Shown: positions 10,425 to 20,055 of the stretch, one piece after another
Layout: each line of letters begins with the position of its first letter
Numbering within the stretch: position 1 is the stretch's first letter
IMG/VR virus record: IMGVR_UViG_3300033552_000001
Span: 66,131-130,130 of that record
Direction: 5' to 3' (one strand)
DNA: 64,000 bases
Source: a virus
Position numbers and translations under genes: made by a program
Notes under the pieces: generated by a model
What the model saw: the letters and a program-made list of their open reading frames with translations, nothing else
What the model was told of the DNA's origin: nothing
The model's database searches: none

Positions 10425-11084
10425 ATGCAATTATTAGAAAATAAAAAAACTATTAGCTCCCTTGAATTGGTTGAGCAAATTAACATTTTTAGAAAAGAAG
10501 AAAAATTAAAAGAGCCTTCAAATAGATTATATTCTGAAATTACTCATGATTCTTTATTAAAAATTATTAGAGATGAATTTGGAGAAGAAATCTCGCTCGG
10601 TGAGATGAAGGGGTCAGAATACACATCAAGAGGAAAAATGTATCCAATGTTTAATTTAACTTTAACTGAAGCTACTCAAGTGTTAATTAAAGAATCAAAA
10701 GTTGTCAGAAAAGCAATGATTAGTTATATTGAAAAGTTAGAGAATGTATTAAAAAAAGAATATTCAGTAAAAGAATTGCTTATAATGCAACTTGCTGGAA
10801 TTGAAAGAGCTGAATTAGCAGAACAAAAAGTAGAGAATTTAGTAATAGCGTTAGATAGTAGTATGGATTGGTGTAGCATTATTAAAGTAGCAACACATAA
10901 TGTAGTTCATGAATCTATTTTTAGTTGGAGAATATTAAAAAATAAATCAATTGAATTGGGATATGAAATTAAAAAATTACCATCAACAAGATATGAATAC
11001 CAAAATAGTTATCATGTAAATTGTTTTAGAATGTGTTATCCAGAATACAATTACAATTTTAATAAATACATAAATCTAATTTAA
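10425..11084 (+). CDS. Rha-like phage regulatory/antirepressor protein
   Basis: ISSLELVEQINIFRKEE...LLKIIRDEF...YPMFNLTLTEATQVLIKESKVVRKAMISYIEKLE. Confidence 0.65.
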   Translation: MQLLENKKTISSLELVEQINIFRKEEKLKEPSNRLYSEITHDSLLKIIRDEFGEEISLGEMKGSEYTSRGKMYPMFNLTLTEATQVLIKESKVVRKAMISYIEKLENVLKKEYSVKELLIMQLAGIERAELAEQKVENLVIALDSSMDWCSIIKVATHNVVHESIFSWRILKNKSIELGYEIKKLPSTRYEYQNSYHVNCFRMCYPEYNYNFNKYINLI

Positions 11085-11102
11085 TAATTAGGTATTTTAA
11101 AT

Positions 11103-11127
11103 AGACAGAGATATTCTCTGTTTTTTT
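11103..11127 (+). terminator. Intrinsic terminator
   Basis: ACAGAGA-tat-TCTCTGT followed by a T run. Confidence 0.7.
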
Positions 11128-11214
11128 ATGTCTAAGAATATTAGCTATAACAATCCATGTACTTTTTAGTTTTTTAACAATCTTTACCTATTTTTATGGA
11201 ATAAATAAAAAAAC

Positions 11215-11733
11215 ATGAGAGATATAGATTTTATATTAGCTAAATTAACTGCAATATCCAATAGATTAGGTAGTGCTTCTTCTGGAGGTGCTACTAGTGG
11301 TGGTATTGAAATAGTTTCTACATTATATGATGTTATTACTAGTGGTGTTGGCTATTCAATTGGAAATACAGTAGAAGAATTAAAATTAGTTAATACTGCC
11401 ACTGCTGCAGTTTCTTTTATTTATTACAATAAGACAACAAATGCTACTATTACTCCTACATTTAGTCATCTACAATTAAAAGATAGATTTTCTACACCTT
11501 CTCATATTGAATTGTTATCAAGTGCTACTGCTACATTACCTGCTAATACTTATAAATTTGTATCTTTAATAGTATTGGAAGGTAGTGCTAATTTAACAGT
11601 TGATGGGTTTACAATTAATAATTTTCCAGCTGTATACACAGAAACTTGGGGAAATGGAGTTTCAATTTTGAATAAATCTATTACAATAACCACTAACCTT
11701 ACTTCAAGAGTAGTCATAAACTTAATTAAATAA
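11215..11733 (+). CDS. Putative virion/tail-associated beta-rich protein
   Basis: T/S/G-rich beta composition; first gene of the fibre operon, TAATG-coupled to the next gene. Confidence 0.5.
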   Translation: MRDIDFILAKLTAISNRLGSASSGGATSGGIEIVSTLYDVITSGVGYSIGNTVEELKLVNTATAAVSFIYYNKTTNATITPTFSHLQLKDRFSTPSHIELLSSATATLPANTYKFVSLIVLEGSANLTVDGFTINNFPAVYTETWGNGVSILNKSITITTNLTSRVVINLIK

Positions 11734-13229
11734 TGCAAGGATCTAATAAAAATCCATTAAAAAATCCAGATGGCACTGCAGCAGCATTACAAAATGTTAG
11801 TGGTATTGCCTTTAAAACTAATGCTTCATTATTATCAAATGGAAGTTATGTTTCTCCTTGGGTAAGTTATGATCAATATTCTTCTGGATCTACTATTATA
11901 TTTGCAGATGTAATGTCTGCTGTTGGAGGTCTTAAATATGAATATTCAGCAGATGGAGGTGCTACTGTTTTAGATACAATTAATGTATCCTTTGTTACAT
12001 TAAATGATTTTAGAGTTGCTATTTTTCCTCTTGGAAAAGGTACTCATATAAGAATTACTTATACTAATGGAAGTGTTTCTCAAACTAAGTTTTATTTTTC
12101 TTTATCGTTAAGTTTAGATTTAGTTAATTCTATGGGTAGTGTATTCTCCCCAGTGAATACAAGTAATATTGCTTCTATTACAAAAACATTTTTACAAGTA
12201 CCAGATACTAATATTGTTTCTGGAGTTTATGATTTTATAACAAGAACAGAAAACAGTTTAAATACTTCTGATTTATCAAATGGTAGTATTACTGGTGGAT
12301 TAGCAGGAACTAAATCAGCATTAGCAGGTTCTGTATTTAATTCATCTCCTCCTGTTTTAACTAATGGGCAACAAGTTGGTATTCAGAGTGATATAAATGG
12401 TAATTTAAAAGTAAGTGATTCTCAAAATAGAGATGTATTTATTACAGGAGCTGCTACTGCAACATTAGGTAATAATATATTTAATTCTGTTGCAAGTGCT
12501 AACAATATAAATGTTTTAACACAAAGTGTAGGAGTAACCTATAGAAGTTTTTCTACTCAAATAATTGGTAATTCAGGTATTACTGCTGGAGAAATTGTAT
12601 TTGAGCATAGTAATAATGGTGTAAATTTTGTACCATTGAATGTGTACAATCAAGCAACCAGAACTTATACAAACACTCCAATTACTATTTCAGCAAATAC
12701 AAATAATTATTTTAGTGGTACTGCTGATTTTATTTTCATTAGATGTAAAATTTCAACAGCATTTGTAGGAGGAACAGTTCAAACAATAACAAAACTATTA
12801 ACTACAGAATTTAATTCTACAGTAGCTTTGCCTCTTACTACAGGAAATGGATTAGTAACTACTAATACAGAAAGAGTAGTGATTGCTAATAGAGTTGAAT
12901 TAATGGGAGGTTCAATTAGTTCAACTGCTGACTATGTACCATTTCCAGGACAAAGAATTAGAAGTTTAGTATTTACTAACACTACAATTTCTACTGTATT
13001 TTTACAAATTCATAATAAAACATCATCTCTTATTACAGGAGATATTCCTTTAAATGGACTTATATTTAGAATACCAGCTAACAGTACATTGGATAAAACC
13101 ACAGCTGATTTTGGAGAAACAGGTATTTTATATGGAAACAATATCAGAGTAGGTCTTAGTAGTACTTTTGATACTTTCACTGCAATATCTCCTTTAGGTA
13201 CATCAATAAACATAATAACTGTAATTTAA
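11733..13229 (+). CDS. Putative tail fibre/tail-associated protein with several beta-sandwich modules
   Basis: 498 aa, T/S/N/G-rich; FNSSPPVLTNGQQVGIQSDINGNLKV motif common in phage tail proteins. Confidence 0.55.
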   Translation: MQGSNKNPLKNPDGTAAALQNVSGIAFKTNASLLSNGSYVSPWVSYDQYSSGSTIIFADVMSAVGGLKYEYSADGGATVLDTINVSFVTLNDFRVAIFPLGKGTHIRITYTNGSVSQTKFYFSLSLSLDLVNSMGSVFSPVNTSNIASITKTFLQVPDTNIVSGVYDFITRTENSLNTSDLSNGSITGGLAGTKSALAGSVFNSSPPVLTNGQQVGIQSDINGNLKVSDSQNRDVFITGAATATLGNNIFNSVASANNINVLTQSVGVTYRSFSTQIIGNSGITAGEIVFEHSNNGVNFVPLNVYNQATRTYTNTPITISANTNNYFSGTADFIFIRCKISTAFVGGTVQTITKLLTTEFNSTVALPLTTGNGLVTTNTERVVIANRVELMGGSISSTADYVPFPGQRIRSLVFTNTTISTVFLQIHNKTSSLITGDIPLNGLIFRIPANSTLDKTTADFGETGILYGNNIRVGLSSTFDTFTAISPLGTSINIITVI

Positions 13230-13231
13230 TA

Positions 13232-16200
13232 ATGGCAATATATCAAGATTCAAGTTCAGGAGTACAAAAAACAAATGTTTTAAATTTACCTGTAAATGGT
13301 AATATTTTAACTGCTGCTACAAGTGTAGACACTTATACAAATATTACTTTCTTACAAACTACTCCTGGAATTACAGCAACTTTATTAAACCCAACTGTAA
13401 CAACTGTACATAAAGTAATTGTATTAGAAAATTTACCTTCTTCAACCACTGCAATTAATATAGTGAGTGCTTTATCTTTACCTTTTAGTTTAGGAATTGG
13501 TAAATCTGTACAATTAGTTTGGAATGGTACAAATTGGAGTAAACTTATTGGAGATGGAAAAGTAACTTATGGAATAGGTATTCCATTAACTATTTCTTCA
13601 GATAATCTTAATGATACTTATATTTTAACAGATTCTGGTATTAACACTGGAATTGTACAATCAGTATGGGTATTTGATGGATTATATTGGAAAAAAACAG
13701 TGACAATTATAGAGCCTGTTATTGAATTTTCAGTTAATACAAATCCTAATACAGCTCTTACTACTTTTTTACCAAATATAGTAAAAAGAATAGATGTTCT
13801 TTATAGAAGTACAATTGATGGTAGTTTATGGAGCAGTGATGGTGTAAATTATATAAGCACAGTTGTTACTTTAAATAGAACAATTCAATCAATTTCAGCT
13901 ACTGGTAATATTATAGCATGGAATAGTGTAGTGCAAATAGGAGCAACCCCTTTAACAACTAACATTATACTTACTTTACCAAGTAATATTGGTTCTAAAA
14001 ACAAAGATATTGTTTTTAAAAGACTTGATTCAACTTTATTCACAGTAACTATTCTTCCTTTTGGAACAGAAAGTGTACAAATTACAACTCCTGAAAGTAT
14101 AAACAGTCAATATGGGGCATTAACAATACATTCAATAAGTAATATTAAATCCCAACAAACTGGAAATATAGGTATTTCAGGTAGTACTCCTACAATTAGT
14201 TATTTGCATGCTAAAAGAATTAATAGTAATCAGACTATTTCTTCAGGTTCATGGTCTAATAGAGATATAATTTTAAATGGCTATGAAGGAAATATTCCTT
14301 ATAATACAACTACAGGAGTAGCTACATTATCAGCAGGAACAGCTTATAAAATTACTGCTGGTCTTGGTATTCTTGCTGGAGGTAATTATTTAATACAATA
14401 TAGTTTAGTAGATGCTGTAACTAATGCTGTTATTAGTCCAGTAATTGAAATGGTTCAATCTAGTAATAATACTTTTAATGTTTCTGCTCCCACTTTAAAT
14501 TTTATTTATAAACCATCAGTAACTCAAAGTGTAAAACTTAGATTTGGTGGTGGTACTAATATGCAATCTGGGGAATCAATTAGATTTGAGTTACTTAGTA
14601 ATCTTACAATAACTCAAATTGGATCTACTCCTACTCTTGTAAATCAAGCATTAACAACAGGTGATTTTCCTGTAGGAGGAGCAATTCAAGCAACTGTAAT
14701 TGATCCTTATGTATTAGGTTTTAATATACCACAAACCACACCAAATCAAACATTAGTTATACCAGCACCTGCTTCATCTACTGATAGTAGAATTATTTAT
14801 ATCAATAATACTGGAACTGCTGATTTTAAAATAGGAGATATTACAGTGGGTGTAAATAAAACTGTAGCTTATATATGGAATGGAGTAATATGGAGTAATT
14901 TTAGTACAGAAGTAGTAGGTGCTGTATTGTCAGAATATGGTGAAAATTTAATTATTACTGATGCACAACCTCTTGGAGGATCAGTGTCAGATGTATTAGG
15001 TAGTTCATTTACATTGCCAACAGCAGGAATATGGGAAGTTGAATATTCATTAACAGGTAGAGTTGATTCTACAGGTTCAAATTGGTATTCTTATATTACA
15101 AATACTTCTAATTTTGTAATTCCTAATAGTACAATTCAATCTTTTACTTCTGGTGGTAATAATGCCACTATGACTTTAAACCAAAAAGTATTAATAAGTG
15201 TAACAGGTTCAACAAGTTATAAACTTAGGGCTGCTTGTCATCCTATTAGTGTTGGAAGTATTTTTAATAGTGTACCACTAGCAGGTGGTAATGGAGGTAC
15301 ATCAAGAATAACTTGGAAGAAAGTATCTGGTTATCTTCCTGTAATAGGAAGTACTGTAGATTATGTATTTTTAAAACCTACTAGTAATGGAGGTTCAGCA
15401 GTTGTTAATACTGATATTGGATTAGGAATTGCTTTGTCAGGAAATCTTACAGTAGTTAATAATACTATTTCATTATTGGCTGGTAAAACTTATGAATTAG
15501 AAGCTTTTTTAGACTATACAAGTTCTGTTGCTCCTACAAATAGTTATCTTGAATATTATTGGACAGATAATGCTGGAATTAGACTTCCTAATTCAAGTGG
15601 AGGATTAGCAATACAAGCAAATTCATCAGATGGTAGTATATCAGTATTAGCAAAAGGTTATATCACAACTACTATAGCTACTGTTGTAAAACTTAGAACA
15701 ACATTAGTATCAGGAGCAGTTACATTAGTACCAAGTAATTCTTATGTAAGTGCTAAACAAGTTGGCAGTACAGCTTTAATAACTAATACTTCAATCCCAA
15801 TAAGTAATTTGCCAACTGGAGGTAATATACAAACTGCATTAATTGATCCTTACATTTTAGGATTTAATATCAATCAAACAACTGCAAATCAGTTATTAAA
15901 TATTCCAAATCCAACAACTGCCTCTGTAAATAGAATTATTTACATTAATAATGTTGGTACTGTTTCTTTTATTACTAATGGACTTGCTATTACAGCAGGA
16001 CAAACAGGTGCATTTATTTGGAATGGAGTAGCTTGGTCTACATTTTCAGCTCAAACATCTGGTTCAGTGCTATCTGAATATGGTGAAAATTTAGGAATTG
16101 TTAATAATCAAGGGGTAACTACAAGTATAACAGATGTTACAGGTAGTTCTTTTACAATTCCTTCTGCTGGTGTATGGGAAATTGAATATGCTTTAAGTGG

Positions 16201-18388
16201 ACATGTTACAAATTCTGGACAATTGTTTTTTGCTTATCTTACTGATAATGCAAATATTACAATTCCCAACACTTCAATTCATTTACATTCTGGAGCTGCT
16301 AATGCTTCATTAACATTAAGTCAGAGAGCTGTAATTACTACAATAGGAGCAGCAACTTACAAACTTAAAGCAGGAGTTAGTTCTGGTGGTGGTACTATTA
16401 GTAATAGTTTACAAACTACAACTAATCCAGGAGGTAGTTCAAGAATTAATTGGAAAAAGATTTCAGGATTTGTTCCAGTGATAGGTCAAAGTGTAGAAAC
16501 TACTTATGCTAAACAGACTACAACTCAAGGTACTCCTTCAAATGGAACTGCTTTAAACTTTGAAAATATTGATGGAACTACGCCATTTTCTGGAGGAACA
16601 ACATTTACATTATCTGCTAATAAAACATATTATTTACAAGGTGCTGCTGGTATTATGTCAGGTTCAAATGGTGGATTTAGTGTACAGTTTTATAATGTAA
16701 TTACTGGACTTTACATTGGTATTGCATCAATGACAAGTTCTCCAGCCAACGGACAAAATCATACACCTTCTGGTGGGGGAGTAGCAACTGCTAAAATTAC
16801 ACCAACTATAAATACACAAATACAATTAAGAATAATTAATATTCAAGGAACTGCTGGTATTATTGGTGGTTCAGGGCTTATAAATGCGGGTGCTGGTGTT
16901 GGTTCAGGAGATAGTGGTAATAGTGCGTCATGGTTAAAAATCACCCAAGAAGGTTCAAGTGCTTATTCAGTTCTTAATACTTATGTAGGGGCAACTTCAA
17001 CTACTGCTGGAATAACAGGTGGAGTACCAGTATCAGCAATAGGAGATCAAGGAAAAGTATTATTAGCTGATGGAACTTGGATAACTCCTTTTACAGAAAT
17101 TAATAGAATTAAACCAGCAACAGCAACCAATACAATTGATAATACAAATTTTAATCAAACTTGGAACTGGTCAACTGCTACTACTCAAAATGCTTTAAAT
17201 TTAGTAGCTCCTTCTTTAACAACTGGTGCTTTATTATCATTAATTTCATCGGCAACTACAACAGCATTAACAATACCATCTGGCAAAGTTGGCATTGGGA
17301 CTGCAACTCCAAATTCTACTGCAAAATTAGAAGTAGTTGGTAATATTCTTTCTACAACATTTACTAAATCAGGCGGTTTAGTTTCTCAAAATTTATTAGC
17401 GGATGGTACTGTTTTTGATAAATATAATAGCTCAATATCAACTGGAGTTTATTTTCAAAACTCAACACTTGCTACAACATTAATAGATGGAATGACTGTT
17501 ACACCACCATTAGCAGGTACTTATAAAATAGACTTTAATGGTCAGTTCAATACCCAACTTGCTAATGTTACTCAACAAGCCACAGTAGATTTGAATGCTT
17601 TGTATTTAGATTTAAATTCACAACCTGTTACTGGCATTTTTCCATTATTTACTTCAGGTACAACAATTACTCCAGGAGTTTATTATGTTGCAGGAGCAGT
17701 TGCTATATCTGGAACAATAACTTTAAATGGAGGGGGTAATGCTAATTCAATATTTATATTTAGAACTGATGCAGCATTATCTACTTCTGCAAGTTGTGTG
17801 TTTAATCTTGTGAATGGAGCTGCTGCTAAAAATATATTTTTTATAGCTGTTGGAGCAATAACAATTGGAGCAAGCAGTAATATATCTGGCACATTTATTT
17901 CTCCTTCAGCACCTATTAACATTGGTTCTGGAGCATACATAAATGGTAGATTTTATTCAATTGGTTCAGCTCTTACAGTGAATGGTAGTGTAATATTATC
18001 AGCACCTTCAACAACATTTGCAATGGGTGTTTTAGCTAACTTTATTTTATTTACAACATCAGGGACAGTTACTAACAGTGGGGCAAATACATTTGTGGGA
18101 GATATTGGTACAAATAGTGGTCTTGTTACTGGATTTGAAGCAGCTACTGTTTCAGGTAGTATTTATTTACCAAATCAAGGGGCTTCATTAGTTGCTGTTT
18201 CAATTTACATAGATAATGTTATAGTGAGTACTTCAACAAGAGAAAGAGTTGATACAATTGATAAAGTAGATGTTATACTAACAGAAACAGTATCTCTTAC
18301 AGCAGGTCAGGTTATTTCTATAAAAGTTTTAAATTCGATTGGTATTTCTAGATTTTATAATAGAAATTTAAGAGTAAGTAAAATATAA
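13232..18388 (+). CDS. Long modular tail fibre/adhesin with internal repeats and a C-terminal ice-binding-like (DUF3494) domain
   Basis: 1718 aa. About 380-aa-period repeats, fibre motif GATSTTAG..GGVP....QGKVLLADGTW, Bacteroidota-type VGIGTATP motif, and DUF3494 motifs in the last ~280 aa. Confidence 0.8.
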   Translation: MAIYQDSSSGVQKTNVLNLPVNGNILTAATSVDTYTNITFLQTTPGITATLLNPTVTTVHKVIVLENLPSSTTAINIVSALSLPFSLGIGKSVQLVWNGTNWSKLIGDGKVTYGIGIPLTISSDNLNDTYILTDSGINTGIVQSVWVFDGLYWKKTVTIIEPVIEFSVNTNPNTALTTFLPNIVKRIDVLYRSTIDGSLWSSDGVNYISTVVTLNRTIQSISATGNIIAWNSVVQIGATPLTTNIILTLPSNIGSKNKDIVFKRLDSTLFTVTILPFGTESVQITTPESINSQYGALTIHSISNIKSQQTGNIGISGSTPTISYLHAKRINSNQTISSGSWSNRDIILNGYEGNIPYNTTTGVATLSAGTAYKITAGLGILAGGNYLIQYSLVDAVTNAVISPVIEMVQSSNNTFNVSAPTLNFIYKPSVTQSVKLRFGGGTNMQSGESIRFELLSNLTITQIGSTPTLVNQALTTGDFPVGGAIQATVIDPYVLGFNIPQTTPNQTLVIPAPASSTDSRIIYINNTGTADFKIGDITVGVNKTVAYIWNGVIWSNFSTEVVGAVLSEYGENLIITDAQPLGGSVSDVLGSSFTLPTAGIWEVEYSLTGRVDSTGSNWYSYITNTSNFVIPNSTIQSFTSGGNNATMTLNQKVLISVTGSTSYKLRAACHPISVGSIFNSVPLAGGNGGTSRITWKKVSGYLPVIGSTVDYVFLKPTSNGGSAVVNTDIGLGIALSGNLTVVNNTISLLAGKTYELEAFLDYTSSVAPTNSYLEYYWTDNAGIRLPNSSGGLAIQANSSDGSISVLAKGYITTTIATVVKLRTTLVSGAVTLVPSNSYVSAKQVGSTALITNTSIPISNLPTGGNIQTALIDPYILGFNINQTTANQLLNIPNPTTASVNRIIYINNVGTVSFITNGLAITAGQTGAFIWNGVAWSTFSAQTSGSVLSEYGENLGIVNNQGVTTSITDVTGSSFTIPSAGVWEIEYALSGHVTNSGQLFFAYLTDNANITIPNTSIHLHSGAANASLTLSQRAVITTIGAATYKLKAGVSSGGGTISNSLQTTTNPGGSSRINWKKISGFVPVIGQSVETTYAKQTTTQGTPSNGTALNFENIDGTTPFSGGTTFTLSANKTYYLQGAAGIMSGSNGGFSVQFYNVITGLYIGIASMTSSPANGQNHTPSGGGVATAKITPTINTQIQLRIINIQGTAGIIGGSGLINAGAGVGSGDSGNSASWLKITQEGSSAYSVLNTYVGATSTTAGITGGVPVSAIGDQGKVLLADGTWITPFTEINRIKPATATNTIDNTNFNQTWNWSTATTQNALNLVAPSLTTGALLSLISSATTTALTIPSGKVGIGTATPNSTAKLEVVGNILSTTFTKSGGLVSQNLLADGTVFDKYNSSISTGVYFQNSTLATTLIDGMTVTPPLAGTYKIDFNGQFNTQLANVTQQATVDLNALYLDLNSQPVTGIFPLFTSGTTITPGVYYVAGAVAISGTITLNGGGNANSIFIFRTDAALSTSASCVFNLVNGAAAKNIFFIAVGAITIGASSNISGTFISPSAPINIGSGAYINGRFYSIGSALTVNGSVILSAPSTTFAMGVLANFILFTTSGTVTNSGANTFVGDIGTNSGLVTGFEAATVSGSIYLPNQGASLVAVSIYIDNVIVSTSTRERVDTIDKVDVILTETVSLTAGQVISIKVLNSIGISRFYNRNLRVSKI
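14654..16486 (+). repeat. Intragenic ~230-aa two-domain unit repeated twice with ~380-aa period
   Basis: IDPYVLGFNI..YINNTG..IWNG..LSEYGENL..GSSFTLPTAGIWEVEY..SRITWKKVSGYLPVIG (14654-15349) versus IDPYILGFNI..YINNVG..IWNG..LSEYGENL..GSSFTIPSAGVWEIEY..SRINWKKISGFVPVIG (15797-16486). Confidence 0.9.
17550..18180 (+). other. DUF3494 (IBP-1 fold) ice-binding-like domain, apparently circularly permuted
   Basis: QATVDLNALYLDLNSQ helix; TITPGVY; ITLNGGGNANSIFIFRTDAALST; LVNGAAAKNIFF; then the normally N-terminal GVLANFILFTTSGTVTNSGANTFVGDIGTNSGLVTGF. Confidence 0.85.
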
Positions 18389-18415
18389 GCACACCCACAT
18401 AATATTAATAAATAA

Positions 18416-18766
18416 ATGCAAGCAAAATCACTTTTAGAAATAATAAATGGCATCCTTGAAAGTAATCATAAAACATTAGTAATAAGCTGGTTATTCACAG
18501 GAAGCATTATTACTTATTTATACAACAACAATGTCTCATTACAATCAAAGTTAGATTTAAGTCAAGCAAATAATCAAACATTACTTATTAAATCTAATGA
18601 CAATTGTGAAGAACAAATTAAAAACAATAGAGCTAAGTTTCAGTTTCAATTAGATGATTTTATTAATAAATCAAATAATAGAAGAGATAGTACAGAGAAT
18701 TATTTTTACAATGAACTTAGAAAAGCAAATCAAAAAATTAATGAAAAAATAATCAAAATCCAATGA
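18416..18766 (+). CDS. Single-TM coiled-coil protein (holin/inner-spanin candidate)
   Basis: Hydrophobic LVISWLFTGSIITYLY then coiled coil; upstream of the endolysin. Confidence 0.35.
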   Translation: MQAKSLLEIINGILESNHKTLVISWLFTGSIITYLYNNNVSLQSKLDLSQANNQTLLIKSNDNCEEQIKNNRAKFQFQLDDFINKSNNRRDSTENYFYNELRKANQKINEKIIKIQ

Positions 18767-19008
18767 AAACATTAACAATTATTCTTTTAGTTCTTTTTAT
18801 AGGTCTTTTAAGCAAGGATAACCACGAACATAAAATAGTGTTTACAGCTCCTAAATTAAAAGAAACACCTGTTAAAAAGATTTCTCAAAAAGTTGAGACT
18901 CAATTGCACATTCTTCAAAATAATATGAAGAAATATGATAGAGTAATAAAAATAAAAGCATTACAAGATAGTATTATAGTGATACCAGATACTGTTATTA
19001 AAAAATAA
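18763..19008 (+). CDS. Small N-terminally membrane-anchored protein (lysis accessory candidate)
   Basis: MKTLTIILLVLFIGLLS; ATGA overlap with the previous gene; no lipobox Cys. Confidence 0.35.
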   Translation: MKTLTIILLVLFIGLLSKDNHEHKIVFTAPKLKETPVKKISQKVETQLHILQNNMKKYDRVIKIKALQDSIIVIPDTVIKK

Positions 19009-19072
19009 AAGATGTTTAAAAAATCTGATTTTTAGATTAAGTTATAATTTTGTATTTTTGTATAAAAAAAAT

Positions 19073-20053
19073 ATGACATCTGGAATTTATAAAATAACAT
19101 CTCCTTCTAATAAGATTTACATAGGGCAATCTATGGATATAGAAAAAAGGTTTAGACAGTACAAAAATAATCATTTTACTAAACAAGTAAGATTAAACCA
19201 TTCTATAAATAAATATGGATTTGATAATCATGTACTTGAAATTATTGAAGAATGTTTATTTGAACAATTAAATTTTAGAGAAAGACATTGGCAAGAACAT
19301 TATGATGTTATAGGAAAAAATGGATTAAATTGTGTTTTAGTTAATACTAAATATAAAAAAGCAGTTCCTTCTAAAGAGTCTATTGAAAAAAATAGAAATA
19401 CACATAAAGAACTTTATAGACAAGGAAAAAGTCCTTTATGTAAATTACATTTGTTTCAAGTAGGTGTAAATGCTTCTTTTTATGGTAGAAAACATTCTGA
19501 TAAAGCAAAACAAGAAATGAGTCAAGCTAAATTAGGTATAAAATGGACAGATGAATTTAGAAGAATAAGAAAAGAAAATTATATAAAAGAAAATCATCCA
19601 AATTATAATAAATCTCATTCTGAAATAACAAGAAAAAAAATATCAGAAAGAGCAAAAGAAAGATTAAGTATATTTCATTGTAATGCTAAAAGAGTTATTA
19701 ACATAGAAACTTTAGAAGTATTTAAAGATGTTAAAACAGCTAATTTATCAATATTAGAATTAAACAAAACTAGAAGAGAGTTAAGTAGAATTTTATCTTA
19801 TGCAACTTATAATCCTTCTAAATTAATGTTTTGTGAAAACTATGAAAATTTAGAAAAAAGAGAAGAAGGATTATTAAAAATGAATAAAGAATTTCCAATA
19901 AAAGCAGTTATAAATACAATCACAAAAGAAATTTTTAATACAGTAAAAGAAGCTGCAAAGTCAATAAGTATGGATAAAGGAAGTTTAAGTAATAGATTAA
20001 GAAATGTAATTTTTAATAATACTGACTTTATATTTTTATCAAATTATAAATAA
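19073..20053 (+). CDS. Free-standing GIY-YIG homing endonuclease with NUMOD3 and NUMOD1-like domains
   Basis: SGIYKITSPSNKIYIGQSMDIEKRFRQY; NUMOD3-like FYGRKHSDKAKQEMS and YNKSHSEITRKKISE; C-terminal FNTVKEAAKSI. ATG start at 19073. Confidence 0.9.
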   Translation: MTSGIYKITSPSNKIYIGQSMDIEKRFRQYKNNHFTKQVRLNHSINKYGFDNHVLEIIEECLFEQLNFRERHWQEHYDVIGKNGLNCVLVNTKYKKAVPSKESIEKNRNTHKELYRQGKSPLCKLHLFQVGVNASFYGRKHSDKAKQEMSQAKLGIKWTDEFRRIRKENYIKENHPNYNKSHSEITRKKISERAKERLSIFHCNAKRVINIETLEVFKDVKTANLSILELNKTRRELSRILSYATYNPSKLMFCENYENLEKREEGLLKMNKEFPIKAVINTITKEIFNTVKEAAKSISMDKGSLSNRLRNVIFNNTDFIFLSNYK

Positions 20054-20055
20054 AT

